Shown here: piece after piece, positions 26,423 to 38,646 of the stretch
How positions within the stretch are numbered: position 1 is the first letter of the stretch
Layout of the letters: the number at the start of each line of letters is the position of its first letter
Assembly: GCA_010015585.1 (NCBI GenBank)
Contig: ML975154.1
From: Eremomyces bilateralis CBS 781.70
Lineage: Eukaryota
Length of the DNA stretch: 64,000 bases
Strand: one strand, 5' to 3'
Made by a program: the position numbers and the translations under genes
The notes under the pieces: generated by a model
The model's input: only the letters and a program-made list of their open reading frames with translations
Told to the model about the DNA's origin: nothing
Databases searched by the model: none

Positions 26423-29400
26423 AGATTGAGGGCATGACTTTTAAGGTCAATGCTTTCGAACGTTAATGACACTCCTTATAAGCGGGAATAAGATTGTATT
26501 GGTCCCGAGTCCATATGGTCGGATTTATGGTTTTTTTGCAGCATAGCAAAATGGCGTTGCAACGTTTACGGATTTGATCGGCGTCTCTCCTTTCCACGAG
26601 AAGTTCTTCTTACTATACAGTCTTTGGTCACTTTTAATACAAACCCACATTACTTCAATTGTCATGCATGTCTCTGCCTTCGTTTACAGGAGAACCAGTG
26701 TCGTTACTCTGCGCGGTAGTCCCTTATCGTTATCTACAGCTGCACCCCAGATTAGAATTCCTGATAAGCCCAACAGGGGCAGCACGCCATACAGCCCTAC
26801 TGCGTTCACGACGGACCCATTCCGCAATGATGAGTAATAAGCTTCTACACCAATTTGCTGGTTCATCTTCAGCGAGACCGATGTGGTGCCGCCGACATCC
26901 TAAGCGATCCGCATTACACTACTTTCGCCCAATGCAGCATCTCCCCTTTCTTATGATCGTCTCGAGTGCTAGGAATCCGATCCTGTTCAGCATAAGCGGC
27001 GCCTCCCAAGGGGCATCTGAATTCTAAAGCGACGTCCACAACTGTTACGGAGCACTAGAGGAGGCGACCATGCCAGACGCCCATCCACCCCGTACATCTG
27101 CGGATCCGACCAGGGACCGGGATTCTCATTGGAAAGTTTAAGGTTCGAGGTCGGACGGGGATGGACCGGCCGGTTGGGAATTTGCGACGAATTGGAGGTG
27201 TTCGCAATGTCTCCAATGGAAAACAAGGCCTGCAACCATCAGGAGTTGCCGTCGACGAGGCCATCCCAGACCCTTTTGGACGTTCCACAGCCCATACTCC
27301 AGTCGTAAGATGATTAGATGTGACTGGCGTGACTCGTTGGGTTGGATGCGCCATGGGGAAAGGGAGAGCGTTCGTGTTTGATAACGATTCAGGAAACAAT
27401 CACCTGTTCCCCTCCATTTCGAAAGTCATGGACGCCAACACCCGTAAATCGACGTCGGTAATTGTAAAGCGCGATTGGACGATGATCAATCCACCTAGGC
27501 CTCACATCCATCACGGCATCTTCACTTTTCAGTCATCACAGCCAGCATCGACACCATAGGTGAGGTTCTTGCTAAGCCTTTTGTGACTGAGTTGCATCAC
27601 TTCACCACGGCCGCTGCAAGGCTCGAGCGGTTTCTCACTGTCACTAGCGGAGTACGGAATACAGGCGAGCAAGCTTGAGCTGATTTCGTGCAGCAAGCTT
27701 GAGGTTTGTCGGGTCCTGTCGAATGCTGAACTAAAACGAGTTTTCCCAGGAAATGGGAAAGCAGGATCGAACCGGTGAAGAGAAAGTCGGCGAGAAATAA
27801 TGCGGGAGCCGGGAGGTCTCTTCCGCGAGCAGTTCGTCTGTGCGTGCGCAGCATGCGAGGGAGCCGATCAGCGACTTGGCGTCTGCTGAGGCCAAAATGC
27901 AGGGGAACCACCACACCATCTTTTCTTGATGATTGTGAACGACACTGCACTCCATGCGCAACGCTGATACAGCGTGAACCGTCCAAGTGGGACACAACTA
28001 TCCAGTAATATTCCAAGCGGATGTGAAGCCACCGGGTCGTGCCATAACATTGCGCTTACTGAGACGGTTGATCCCTCGCCATCTGCCGGAATTGCCCTTC
28101 ATTTGTAACTAAACTGCCGGGAATTCGGTCATATCCGGATGTTAGTCGCAACGATTGCGGGGGGGAATTATTCCAGCAGATCTACCCCTAGTTATGCGAA
28201 GGTCAGAAGCTCAGCGCAGTCATTGAAACTTGAATGGGATAGATCATGGAAGAGATGAAATGTATTAACGGGTTAATACAGGCTTCATGTCAAAGGTAAA
28301 AGGTTCCTGTTTACTCCGCACAGTCTGCGGGTCTAACCGAACCGCTCGTTCATCTCAAACCCTATCCCCAAGATCTGGGTCAGGCTGCAACGCCACCAAG
28401 GCAAACACGAAATGACAGCTGCATATCTCTAGCTTCATCCCCATGTCCTGGATGGTTGGATCACTCGGATGCATTCACGGTTTCGTCCTGGTGTGTATGG
28501 TTGACCATCGCTCTCCGATAATCGGAAACCAGCTGTTCCTGAGACTGAGTGACTGACGATCCTTGATTTGTTGTGTCATCTTCTGCGCTCCCTACGGGTC
28601 TACTGTTTCTTGTTAGACTAGGGAGGTTGTCCTGTATCGTGTGACTGGATAATCATTCGGCTGCTTCCCAGAACGGAGAACGTCCCAAATATTCGATGGA
28701 TACCCTGCTCCTTCAATCATGGCTTGTGCGTCCCAAACAGGATTGCTTGCATAATTAGATGATACATCCAAACTGCATGTCCGTCCTGTCAAGCCAGAAT
28801 ATCGTTTGGCCCTGAAGGCCTCGCGACATAACCGGCAAGTCGACTGCACAGGAGTGCTCCGCGATTTTAACTTTCCGACCAACTACATGGTGACAGTCAT
28901 GAAAATTCGATCCCCGACAAATTGCCAGTGAGCGGAACTCAGAACTCAGAAGTGGTATATCGGGTCATACTGTGGTAGGTACGCGCAAGAGCCAATAGGA
29001 CATACAGTAATGTAGATGTACGCTCACACGCTGTACGGAACGCAGTTGTGCGACGAATTTCGTGTTGGAATAACATGGTCTTTTCATTTCTCTGTGCTCC
29101 TCTTCATACCTTCGGTATGTCGGCGACTACATCCGTTCGGCGTCTACATTCCGCGACGAGTCATACTTAAGCGACATGGGACGCATGTTGTAACTTGTAG
29201 GGTTGTACCGGTTGTACGGGTACCGCTCGTGTTTTGGTACCCAGCGCTTAGAGCATCCAGATTTCAGTGGGCACAATCATCATCATCACATCGCTTCGGA
29301 CGTGAAAGCTTCCGGATTGTGAACGCGCTTCTGGCGAATGATGCTTCAACCCGAGACCAATCTATAGTCTGGGTTTGCGTGACGAATCTCGATGCTAACG

Positions 29401-32400
29401 CGTAAACTCGTAGAGTGAGGATCAGCCCTAGAGACGTATAGAATCCGGTTGATGACCAATTAGCCGGGATGCCATAAGTTGAAACTGGATTGACGCTCAC
29501 CTAAAGTCCAAAGCTGAACCTAAGCGATAACTCATAACTGCCGATATGCTGTATGCGGCATTGCGGCCGAAATCCTTCATTTCTCTCATACAGACCAGGG
29601 CAGAGAGACAGAATGGGAACTCTTACTACCGCGATCTAACGTATTGGAGGTTGGCGCAATCTGATTTCTAATAATACTAATAACCAGCGCAGTGGTATTG
29701 ATGATACACTCATTGATGATTGATCCTGCTGAGTTCTGACATGGAGTGTTCAGTCCGGTTCCCCGTTTCAGACCCCCAACCTCGACGCCCTCAAGATGTC
29801 CAATGAGGATTCATCATGTGCTAAGCTTGAGCAAACAGGACCTTATTACCATGCTGCATCAACATGAGGAAAGCCGGGAGGCCGAGTAAATTAAGGCGCC
29901 TATGTCTGGCATGGATTTGACGAATATCGCCAATATTCAATGGTTTGGCGGGATTTCCGCATACGCAGGATTCTGGTCTCTGAACTCCTGTGCTGTCTGA
30001 TGCCTCTCATAAGTCGAGGTCGTAAGCCGTCTCATGCATAACAACCTGGGCGGAAATAATCAAATACTGAGAGCGGAGACCAGAAGACACTAAGACACCG
30101 AGAAACAGTGCATGCGGAGCTGGAACAATTTAGAATATATGAAGGTCGCACAATGCAATGTAAAAATTCCCCGAATAAGCTCCACGACCACAGATCCGCT
30201 CCGAGACTGCGGGATTCCTGCGGTTGAAGGATGTCGTGAAGGATGTTGTGAAACCATCGAGCCAATGACTTCTCCGGTCCGGTATTGCTCCAATCCAATT
30301 CGAACGATCCCACTGTTGGACCAGATTCCGCCGTCCGTCGCACGGCATGATTTGCCGCTGGATTTTGTCTGTTGTCGATCCGATTCCATGCAAAAGCCGT
30401 GCAGCTTGGTGGACGACGCTGTCGCACAGAGCGCTGGCTACATCGGACCGTCCACACGGACATAAAGAGGAGAAGAATAGGCAAATGCACGAGTATTTCG
30501 AAATGAGCCTGAATGAACGAAGTGGAAATTGCTTTCTATGGCCATGACGAGCATCCATAGGGCAAAGTGCCAAAGACTGATCAGAGAAATATCTTCAGAG
30601 GTGGATGCTTATTATGCTATTTTTAGAGGTTATTCCTCATATACAGTTTTGTCCTTTGAATAGGACATTGGGATTTGGGATTTGCCAACCAAAGTGGTGG
30701 CTTGAGGGTAGGGGTACTCTGTAGTCTGTACTGTGTACTTCCTAGGGTATTTGCAACTTGGGTCATTACCAGCAATCCAACATGTCATTAGTATCGGCTG
30801 GGACGATATGCCTCACCTGCACCAAAGTCTCATTTCGATAGCGGGGAACGACACGACAAACAAAGCATCATATCCAACAGAAACTGTGACCTCCCAGCCA
30901 CATATCGCCGACCTCGTGTCTCAGATACACAGTGAATGTACGTCAAAAGGTGCCAACGCATGATACCACTGCAGAGCGCCCTCTTCTGGTACGTTACGAC
31001 AGTCCGACATGCATAACCCTTTGGTATCGGATAAATCATAAATCTGGATACAGGAAGGGCCTTATTTGATCAATTCCAATAAAACACTCCGTTAATGAAA
31101 CACTGAGTAGATATATCTCCACTCATAATCGCAATTGGGCAATGGACCGAAGATTTAACGGGCAGTCCCACATATCATTTGCTGAGAAGATGAGATTCAA
31201 ATCAGGTCGTGTTCCATGACGATTTGTTGTTCATCCAGTGAACAAATGGATCCGGGTTACCGGAGAGAATAAGGTTGAATGAAGACTGGCGTTCCCTATA
31301 TCAGACCGACTCTAGACGTTTTCCTATTGCACAAGCATGCGACTAAGCTGCTGCCACCTGGACCGGACCGATGAGGAGAGATTGCTAAATTAGCAATCAA
31401 CACCTGTCCCAGTGTTGCGGTCCGTGAAATTTGGGATCGTGGCTCTGATGAGCCTGACGTTCCTCGACCTTTAACACTGGCATGAAGTTTGACAGGGAAG
31501 TACCCGGTATATATCCGCGTGATCACTGGCCCTGACTCCTGATGATCATAGGGGGTATTTATTGTTATCTACGGTTATACGGTATCTTCAACAATCAATC
31601 AAGGACATATGATAATGCCGGTATGGGGTACCTTAACTCCACGCGATGCGCACGGTCTAGGACCACCCATGGCCTTTGGCCATATCCTATGTCCTCTGAG
31701 CCCATGGGGGTTGACATTTATCAAGCATCTTGATTCGCGAAGGTTGTTAGTTTGCTGCTAACCTTAGCCCAGGGCCCGGCGCAGCGGCTATTGCGGCAGA
31801 ACAAGGAGAATTCAACTTCCCTCGGTCCCTGTCAGACGGAATGACCAAAGCCCAAAGGAAGGTGGGCAGCAAGAGGCCTTTTGGCTGGATCGACTACCAG
31901 CATCGATGCAATCGAAATACCAATGAGAAGTCAAGACGCTGTGGATTCCAAGGCCCTTGGTCGTGTTAGCCCCCGACGCATCATCCGTCTTATGAAGTCA
32001 TGAGAGTGTGCCAGGGCGGTCCTGGTCACAGAACGCAAAAAGGGTTAATAATTGGCCAGTTTTCTGCATGTCCACCAAGCTGCAACGAATCTTGCAGATC
32101 AAGCGTGGCGTTATCCAGGATCTTCGGTTCCTGTTGTAATATAACAACGTGGTTGAAGAAAAAGACGGTGAAGCCCATGGTGAAGGTGAAGGGCAATTCA
32201 ATGCGTTGTCAAGAAAGCGGCCTTACTTGTTTGGACACATCGGTCATCACTCATGAGACTAATAACGTGTATCTTGCCAGATAATGCCCTAGGAGCCCCG
32301 TAGAGTTTGTCCAAGACATCTACTCCTGAAAATCCGAGACACGGAGAACAGCGGCTCCGTTGAAACGGTGGATTCTTTGTTTCCAGAGTACGGGGTAACG

Positions 32401-33216
32401 CCCGCCATGCAGAAATTCACAAAAGCAAAGGTACTGTGGATAAACGAAAATATCGGCACCGGATTGTCGGGACGACTAGCCAATTTAGGGATGGCAAATT
32501 GGCAAATTGGCAAATGAATCAGGACAGAATTGCCTATTGGTGGGCAGACGGCGCAGTTATGTCAGTCAAGCTGCATCTCTAATCATAATTTAGAAGTATT
32601 TAGAGGGGATGCGCTGACAGAACATGAACCGCAGTCAGATCGTATTGAAATTTAAAAGCTGGGACATTGTCAAAGATCCGATTCTTTGGGCTGAAATGGT
32701 CGCGATCCGTCCGAACTTACTGAGGGTGAGACAAGGCTTGAGGCTAAGTGCAGCCGCAATAGATGATCAGACCTGATGTGTATCGGATAGGTTGATAAAA
32801 AAAATCACATCTCATGTACGGAATACAGTTGTACACGTAGCTACCGCACATAAGCTACTGTAGGAAGTACTTAGTACTAGCCCGCTACTAGGTAGATATT
32901 TACTGTACACGTTGGTGATAGTTATAGGAATGTACATGTGCTTCGTATTACCTGTGGGCTGTGGGGCCGTCTTTACTATGTATGCCATACCCATTGCACG
33001 ACCATGAAATAGTTCCTCGTGTCTTCCTTCGATCCGGAATCAAGGCCCGCCAGAGACCCTGGGAAGGAAGGCGACTCATTGCGCCTTCTTCATTTGACGT
33101 CTTTGTGGGCGTCAAAAAGGCTGTGAGAGCTGTGAGGAATGAGGATACTACCCTCCTCAGAAGGCACACAAAGGAGAGGGACCGGCATGAAGACCCAGTC
33201 CCAACGGAACGTCACC

Positions 33217-33256
33217 TCCACAATCCACAATCCACAGTCCACAATCCACAGTCCAC
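33217..33256. repeat. 7-bp tandem repeat (TCCACAR)x5.7
   Basis: tccacaa tccacaa tccacag tccacaa tccacag tccac. Confidence 0.85.
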
Positions 33257-36054
33257 CATGGCGCTTCGGTGCATAGGCGCCAAGCACCAGGAAACTGCGG
33301 TGGTCCGCGAGCAGCGACATGCGAAGTCAGGGAAGCAAACTCGGGCAGAAAGTCGGCCCATTTGCAGGAATCCCTTCGGTTTGGCGCACTGGCGGGTGCG
33401 CAGGTTGTGGAGACGTCACAGTGCAGTCCAGTTTGAGAGTGGACCAGTGACCCGAGAGGAAGGAACAGGCGGCAAATGAAATTTGACTGGCAGCAGAAGC
33501 ACCGAGCAGCGGCCAGTTGGCCCCTTGCAAACGAGCCCACACTTGCTCGTCGCTAACTCGCTACTGCCCTTTGTTAGTTTTGTTACTCGCCCTAGCGGTA
33601 GCGGCAATCCCGACAGTGTGGTTATGGGAACTTTGAATCCTGGGACGCCCGAGGTTTGCACGACCACTCGACCCCGGTGGCCACTGCCTTTTCCGGGGAG
33701 CGCTGAGTGCTTTTTCCCCCTTCACCACGGTGCCAAGCAATCAGCGAGTTCTCTTGTCTGTGGGAGGGGTGAACGGTGGGACATTGAAAGTTGCTGGTCA
33801 GCGACCCAAGATTCCGCTCAATCCTTATACCGTGATATTCTCTCCCAACATCCGGAGCTGGTTCTGTAGTATTATTTATTGCCTGCACCATGTCCGTCGG
33901 GAGGTCATGCGTAATGCAGGACCTGGCCCCTGGAAAATGTCTGGGAAATGATGAGGCAAGTTCCGGACCGGGCTGCGGTACCTCAGTATCGTATCGAGTC
34001 GGGGATGGGATAATGATGGCATTTGGGAAACTGGGATAGAGACAGGGGGTAATTGAGAGCGGGTTTGGCTCATCCAACGGAGTACCTACCCTGTATTCCC
34101 GTTCCCGAATTATAGGGAGTTAGCTTGCCCTTTGCTCTGGCCTTTGGACTCTTTTATCCACGCCTCTTCTCGGCCTTCTTCCGCTCTTCACATCGTGGCT
34201 TTTTCCCGGCTCTACTCTCCGATTTCGATTTCCGAAATAATCTATACGAGGTAAACCGCAAATATCAGATGCGGTGCCCTTGCTGGAATCACCAGCCTTG
34301 TCCCCTGTCGGGCGATTGGAGGACCGGCCGGGCATTCAACAGCTTCCGGGCCATGTCCAGCAGGACAAAACAGGCACATGATAGTGAGCGGTGTGCGGGG
34401 ATAATATAGGCACCCAGCGACCTAAACCTCCCCAATTCCTCCACCAAATCCGAAGTTGTTTGGAGACCTGACAACGGACCGTGATGAAAACCCCCTTTCC
34501 ATGAGCTGAAAATTACCGGAGGCACCGTGCCTGCCTCTCACCAAGTCATCGGACATCGGGCAGGGAAGAAGCCAACTAGTCAAGCCGCGCTCCCTCCACG
34601 CGTCCCACATCGGTGGATTCTTGGATTGGGAACAGAACTTGGGTGTGAGCCGGGGTTGCGCCCTCGCGCCTTTTTCAATCTCAGCCTGCAATCATCATTC
34701 AGCACTAACTCCCAGGAGCGGAACAGTGAGCAAGAAAGCCAGGCGTGCTCGGGTCTTGGGTTGCACTGGGTCAGGCAAATTCAGCAGAAAATCAATCCAG
34801 TGAAATCCAATCCGCCATGCTGGTCCGCCCCTTTGGCGGTTTGGCCCTTCTTTAGATTGGCTTCTGAACCCGTAGTAGTTCCATACCTTTCTTACCAAAC
34901 CTGCTGTGCTGCTGGACTTGGACCTGTGTGTGTGCTTTCCATCCTTTGCCAATAAAATACACTGCCGCTCCCCTTTCTCCAGCCTCAGCCGATTTCCTTC
35001 CTGTTCTGTTTTTCTCCTCCTCCATCCCCATCGCGATACCTCAGAATTGCCCATACGCTCACTCTGGAGCTCGATCTCGAACACGAACGCGTCAAGACAC
35101 TTCCGTTGGCCAACTCGAATCCAGCCTGCCCGAATAACCCGCCGAAACAAACATACTTCCCGTCCCATCACGCTCAAGCGGTCCCAAAGCATTGTAATCA
35201 GTTGCGTCGGCCGAGCAAGCAGATCAGGACTTCCCGTATCCCAAGGGATTTGGAAGCATCAACGAACGTGAGCGAAGGGCAACGCATCAATCGGTAAGTC
35301 AGAAACATTTCCAGTTATGTGCAGCGAGCGAGCGAATGTGAATCGTGCCTCTGGAGCTCAGGCCCCAACCGCAATCATGAAGAATCCCCGAACGAGAAGG
35401 GACCGAAGGAGATCGCATCAGGCGCTGTTCTACGTCCTTCGATCATTCCCGAACACAGCTTGCCGAGCCTGAATGCGATTCGCATCCGGACGATCCTCTT
35501 GGTCAATCTTGCTCGTGCAAGAACGGGAAGCAGCATCTGTGTTTGGATTGTCGCTCGGTCGACTGGTATCCGTGGCGGAACTGCAAGTGTGTATCTGGCA
35601 CCACAGCACAACATACACACTCCACTCCAGGCTAGAGGAACTTGAGAATGTCGGAGTGTGCTTACAACCCGAGAACGACCCCAGCAATTTGGTTCTCCTT
35701 GCCGGGCATACCCTCCAACATTGCTTTTGCTGGGGTTCCTGGCGCAACTTCGTACTCAGGCGGGGGGGATACGTAAACCGTCGGCCTCGCTGTGCACTCC
35801 AGAATTCTTCTCACGGAAAGCCCCTGCGACCGCCAACAAAAAACCCTTGCATATCCTCTGTACCTCCTGGCGTTACCTACCGGTGCAAGAGGAGCTGTAC
35901 ACGACATACACATCGGTCGAGTCGCTACAGCCGATGTTTTAAAGCCGAAAAGAGCGCTCTGGGTGTCGGAACTTGGAACACAACCTGAGTCCGGATGCAT
36001 GGCTAGGAAAGCAGCTCATCATCTATGGTCGTCTGCACTTGAACTTCGACATTA

Positions 36055-36104
36055 AGTTCAACCCCCTGTCAAGTAGCCAACCACTCGAGTAGCCAGTATC
36101 ACCA
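36055..36104 (+). repeat. Left terminal inverted repeat
   Basis: AGTTCAACCCCCTGTCAAGTAGCCAACCACTCGAGTAGCCAGTATCACCA, exact reverse complement of 37817-37866; internal AGTAGCCA doublet. Confidence 0.97.
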
Positions 36105-36149
36105 TCTCAACCTCCATCGGTCAGACAGCAATATCTCTACTAAAACATA

Positions 36150-37766
36150 TTATATTTGGAAATCTATACAGCATGATTCAAAAGATACAGCTTGGAGAGA
36201 CTCTGATGTAGATTTGGCCTCCGAAATTGGATGTCTTCGTTGGTAATCTTCCTCTACCGCTCGTACAGCTTCTTGTGCCAATTTGATCTCCCGAACTTGC
36301 GCAAACCTCTGATTAAGATCTATCTGAACTTTCTTTTTACGTTTTGGTGCTGTAGCAGCATCAAGGCGTGCCTGTAAGCCCGCGATTTTCAGATCTGATG
36401 AGGCCTGACGCGCCTGTAGCACTCCGATCGCCTTGGCTGCCTTCTCTATATACGACTTCGTCGTCTTTGCCACGCGTGTATTCTTGCTAAGAACGCGTAA
36501 TGCACTCTGTACCTGTTTTGGCTTGTAGGGCGTCGTCTGGAGAACGGAGGGGACTGGTATGGGGGTGCGTGGAGGCGTGTTTGGTGGTGGAATTGGTGGT
36601 GCGGTTACGGTAGGCGGTGACGGTACAACGAAGCGGTTACTGAGGCCCTTTGACCGGTCAAACGGCACAAGTCCTGCAGCCTTCCACCCAGATCTGATTG
36701 TACGGTCGGTTAGGCGTGCCTGACGTGCCTCTGCATAGAGGACAATGAATCTCCGTCGTTTAATCGGTAGGGCCTCGTCGATATACGCGCTTTGGCGGAG
36801 GAGGGTCTTATAAAAGCGTTTTAGAGGCGAAAAACAGGCGAGATCCAGAGGTTGAAGGATATGGGAGGTATGTGCAGGTAGGAAGACCACGATTACGTTG
36901 TTTATCTTGCATTCGTACAAGAAATCGATGGTTGCGTGGCTACCGTGCCCGTCCATTAGCAGAATCCGGTACTGCCGCTGTGTAGCGGTTTCAGGCAGGA
37001 AAACCGTACGGAGCCAAACCAACGCGTGTTGATTTGAAGTCCAGCCGTTCTCTGATACCGTATAATGGAAGTCTGGAGGTTGTTCAGGGAACCAAGAAGA
37101 CTGTAACGTGGCGCCTTTCTGTATAATCGCTGGTCTGATGTACTGGCCGGTCGCGGAGACAGTTTCAACGATACTAATCCATTCGCGGCCCATAGGACTA
37201 GTGATATAGGCCGTTGACTTCTGCGAGTCTGCGATAACCGTAGAATTAGCGCAAATCCCTAGTCCTATACCAACCTCATCCATATTCCAGGTATCAGAGG
37301 GGTGGACATCGTACTGAGTTTGAACTTGGTGAAAATACGTGTAGAACGCGTCGATTGTATCCTTAGTTGCAGCCTGACGTCGGGCAACATCAAGACTACG
37401 CCCGATACAGGTCGCAACGCGTGGATTACGGTGTAGGAAACGCGTTACCCAGTTCTTCCCGAGGGGCGTTGAGTCTCCTTGGAGGCGTAGAACTCGAGAT
37501 GCCATTTCGCGAAGCCGTGCGTGAGTAGGGGGGAATCCTTGAGCGTCATTTTCAAGTATCCAGTCGACTAAAAAGGATTCTTGGTCCGGTGTAAGGCGTT
37601 GGCGAGATTGTTGAGCTACTACGCGTGGTAGGCGGCCTTTTAAGCGGGTTTGAAGGGTGCGTCGGTTGACCTTGAATAGCGCCGCAGCTTCGTTTTGTGA
37701 TTTGCATTGACCGGTCTGTAAGGCATCAATAGCCTGTTGGACCGGGTCTTCCGAGTTTGGTATCAT
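36150..37766 (-). CDS. Pogo/Fot1 transposase (psq-HTH, CENP-B HTH, DDD domain), 538 aa
   Basis: LTPDQESFLVDWI, LGKNWVTRFLHRNP, WNMDEVG, SENGWTS, LLMDGHGSH, PAHTSHILQPLDLACFSPLK; uninterrupted. Confidence 0.96.
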   Translation of the reverse strand: MIPNSEDPVQQAIDALQTGQCKSQNEAAALFKVNRRTLQTRLKGRLPRVVAQQSRQRLTPDQESFLVDWILENDAQGFPPTHARLREMASRVLRLQGDSTPLGKNWVTRFLHRNPRVATCIGRSLDVARRQAATKDTIDAFYTYFHQVQTQYDVHPSDTWNMDEVGIGLGICANSTVIADSQKSTAYITSPMGREWISIVETVSATGQYIRPAIIQKGATLQSSWFPEQPPDFHYTVSENGWTSNQHALVWLRTVFLPETATQRQYRILLMDGHGSHATIDFLYECKINNVIVVFLPAHTSHILQPLDLACFSPLKRFYKTLLRQSAYIDEALPIKRRRFIVLYAEARQARLTDRTIRSGWKAAGLVPFDRSKGLSNRFVVPSPPTVTAPPIPPPNTPPRTPIPVPSVLQTTPYKPKQVQSALRVLSKNTRVAKTTKSYIEKAAKAIGVLQARQASSDLKIAGLQARLDAATAPKRKKKVQIDLNQRFAQVREIKLAQEAVRAVEEDYQRRHPISEAKSTSESLQAVSFESCCIDFQI

Positions 37767-37816
37767 GATATTGTACGGTGGTGGAGATATCGCGGTTAGA
37801 GAGATGGTGATAGAGG

Positions 37817-37866
37817 TGGTGATACTGGCTACTCGAGTGGTTGGCTACTTGACAGGGGGTTGAACT
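37817..37866 (-). repeat. Right terminal inverted repeat
   Basis: Exact reverse complement of 36055-36104. Confidence 0.97.
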
Positions 37867-38646
37867 TACTTGCGAATTGGCGGCAAGGCAAATATTGCAT
37901 TTGCACCCTCACAATGCTTTTAGGAAGCTCTAGTCGCTTCTCGGTCCATGTCGATGGGTGTGCACTGTCTGTCGGCGATTGAATTGGGCGGGTGGTCCAG
38001 TTCCCCTCCCTGCAAAGCGCATCCTCTCCCTGTCGCTGGGCTGCTAGGCATCACCTGGTCCAACGTTTCCATCGTGGCTGCACTCTGGCTGCACTCTCGC
38101 CCTGCTCAGCTTTTCAAGTCTTTTTATCACCACCTGCCCAATTCGCTAGTCTATATATGGTTCACAGTGTCCTTGCTAGAGTCTGGCTGTTTTTGCTTCG
38201 AAAGCGCAGTGGTTTCCACACGATACTGCTTTCTGTTCCAAGCGCTTTCGGCCAGAAACATGAGAGCATATGGTCCCCACATTCGGACAACTCACCGTGC
38301 ACCCCCGTCGCTCGCTCCCACATCGTCGGAATTTTGGCTTTCATCGTTGGAGATTTATGAGGCAAACTCCGCTGACATTTACGTTCAGACCAGGCTACTC
38401 GCGCCTGCATCATTTCGCTGCCCACGTCTCCACTCCACGCTACATCGGTTGTCCCATGACCTTGTGCTGGCGCTGGGACCGTCCGCTGCGAAGCCCTTCC
38501 CGCTGCGACTCTTATACTTCCCGTCGTGCCTGAACCTCGAGCATTCTCCTCCATATTCTTTCGTCTCCTCCATCCCGCTCGGATTTCCTCTTGATCTCTA
38601 GCTTCTCGCCGCCCGCGTGGCCGGCTGCCCACGAAGTCGACTCCCG

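Larger units (their letters stand above)
36055..37866 (-). mobile_element. Complete Fot1/pogo-family (Tc1-mariner) DNA transposon, 1812 bp
   Basis: 50-bp perfect TIRs (36055-36104, 37817-37866), TA target duplication at 36053-54 and 37867-68, single transposase ORF. Confidence 0.97.

Noticed and set aside
37948..38601. 217-aa ORF upstream of laeA
   Set aside because: No motifs; explained by pyrimidine-rich leader sequence.
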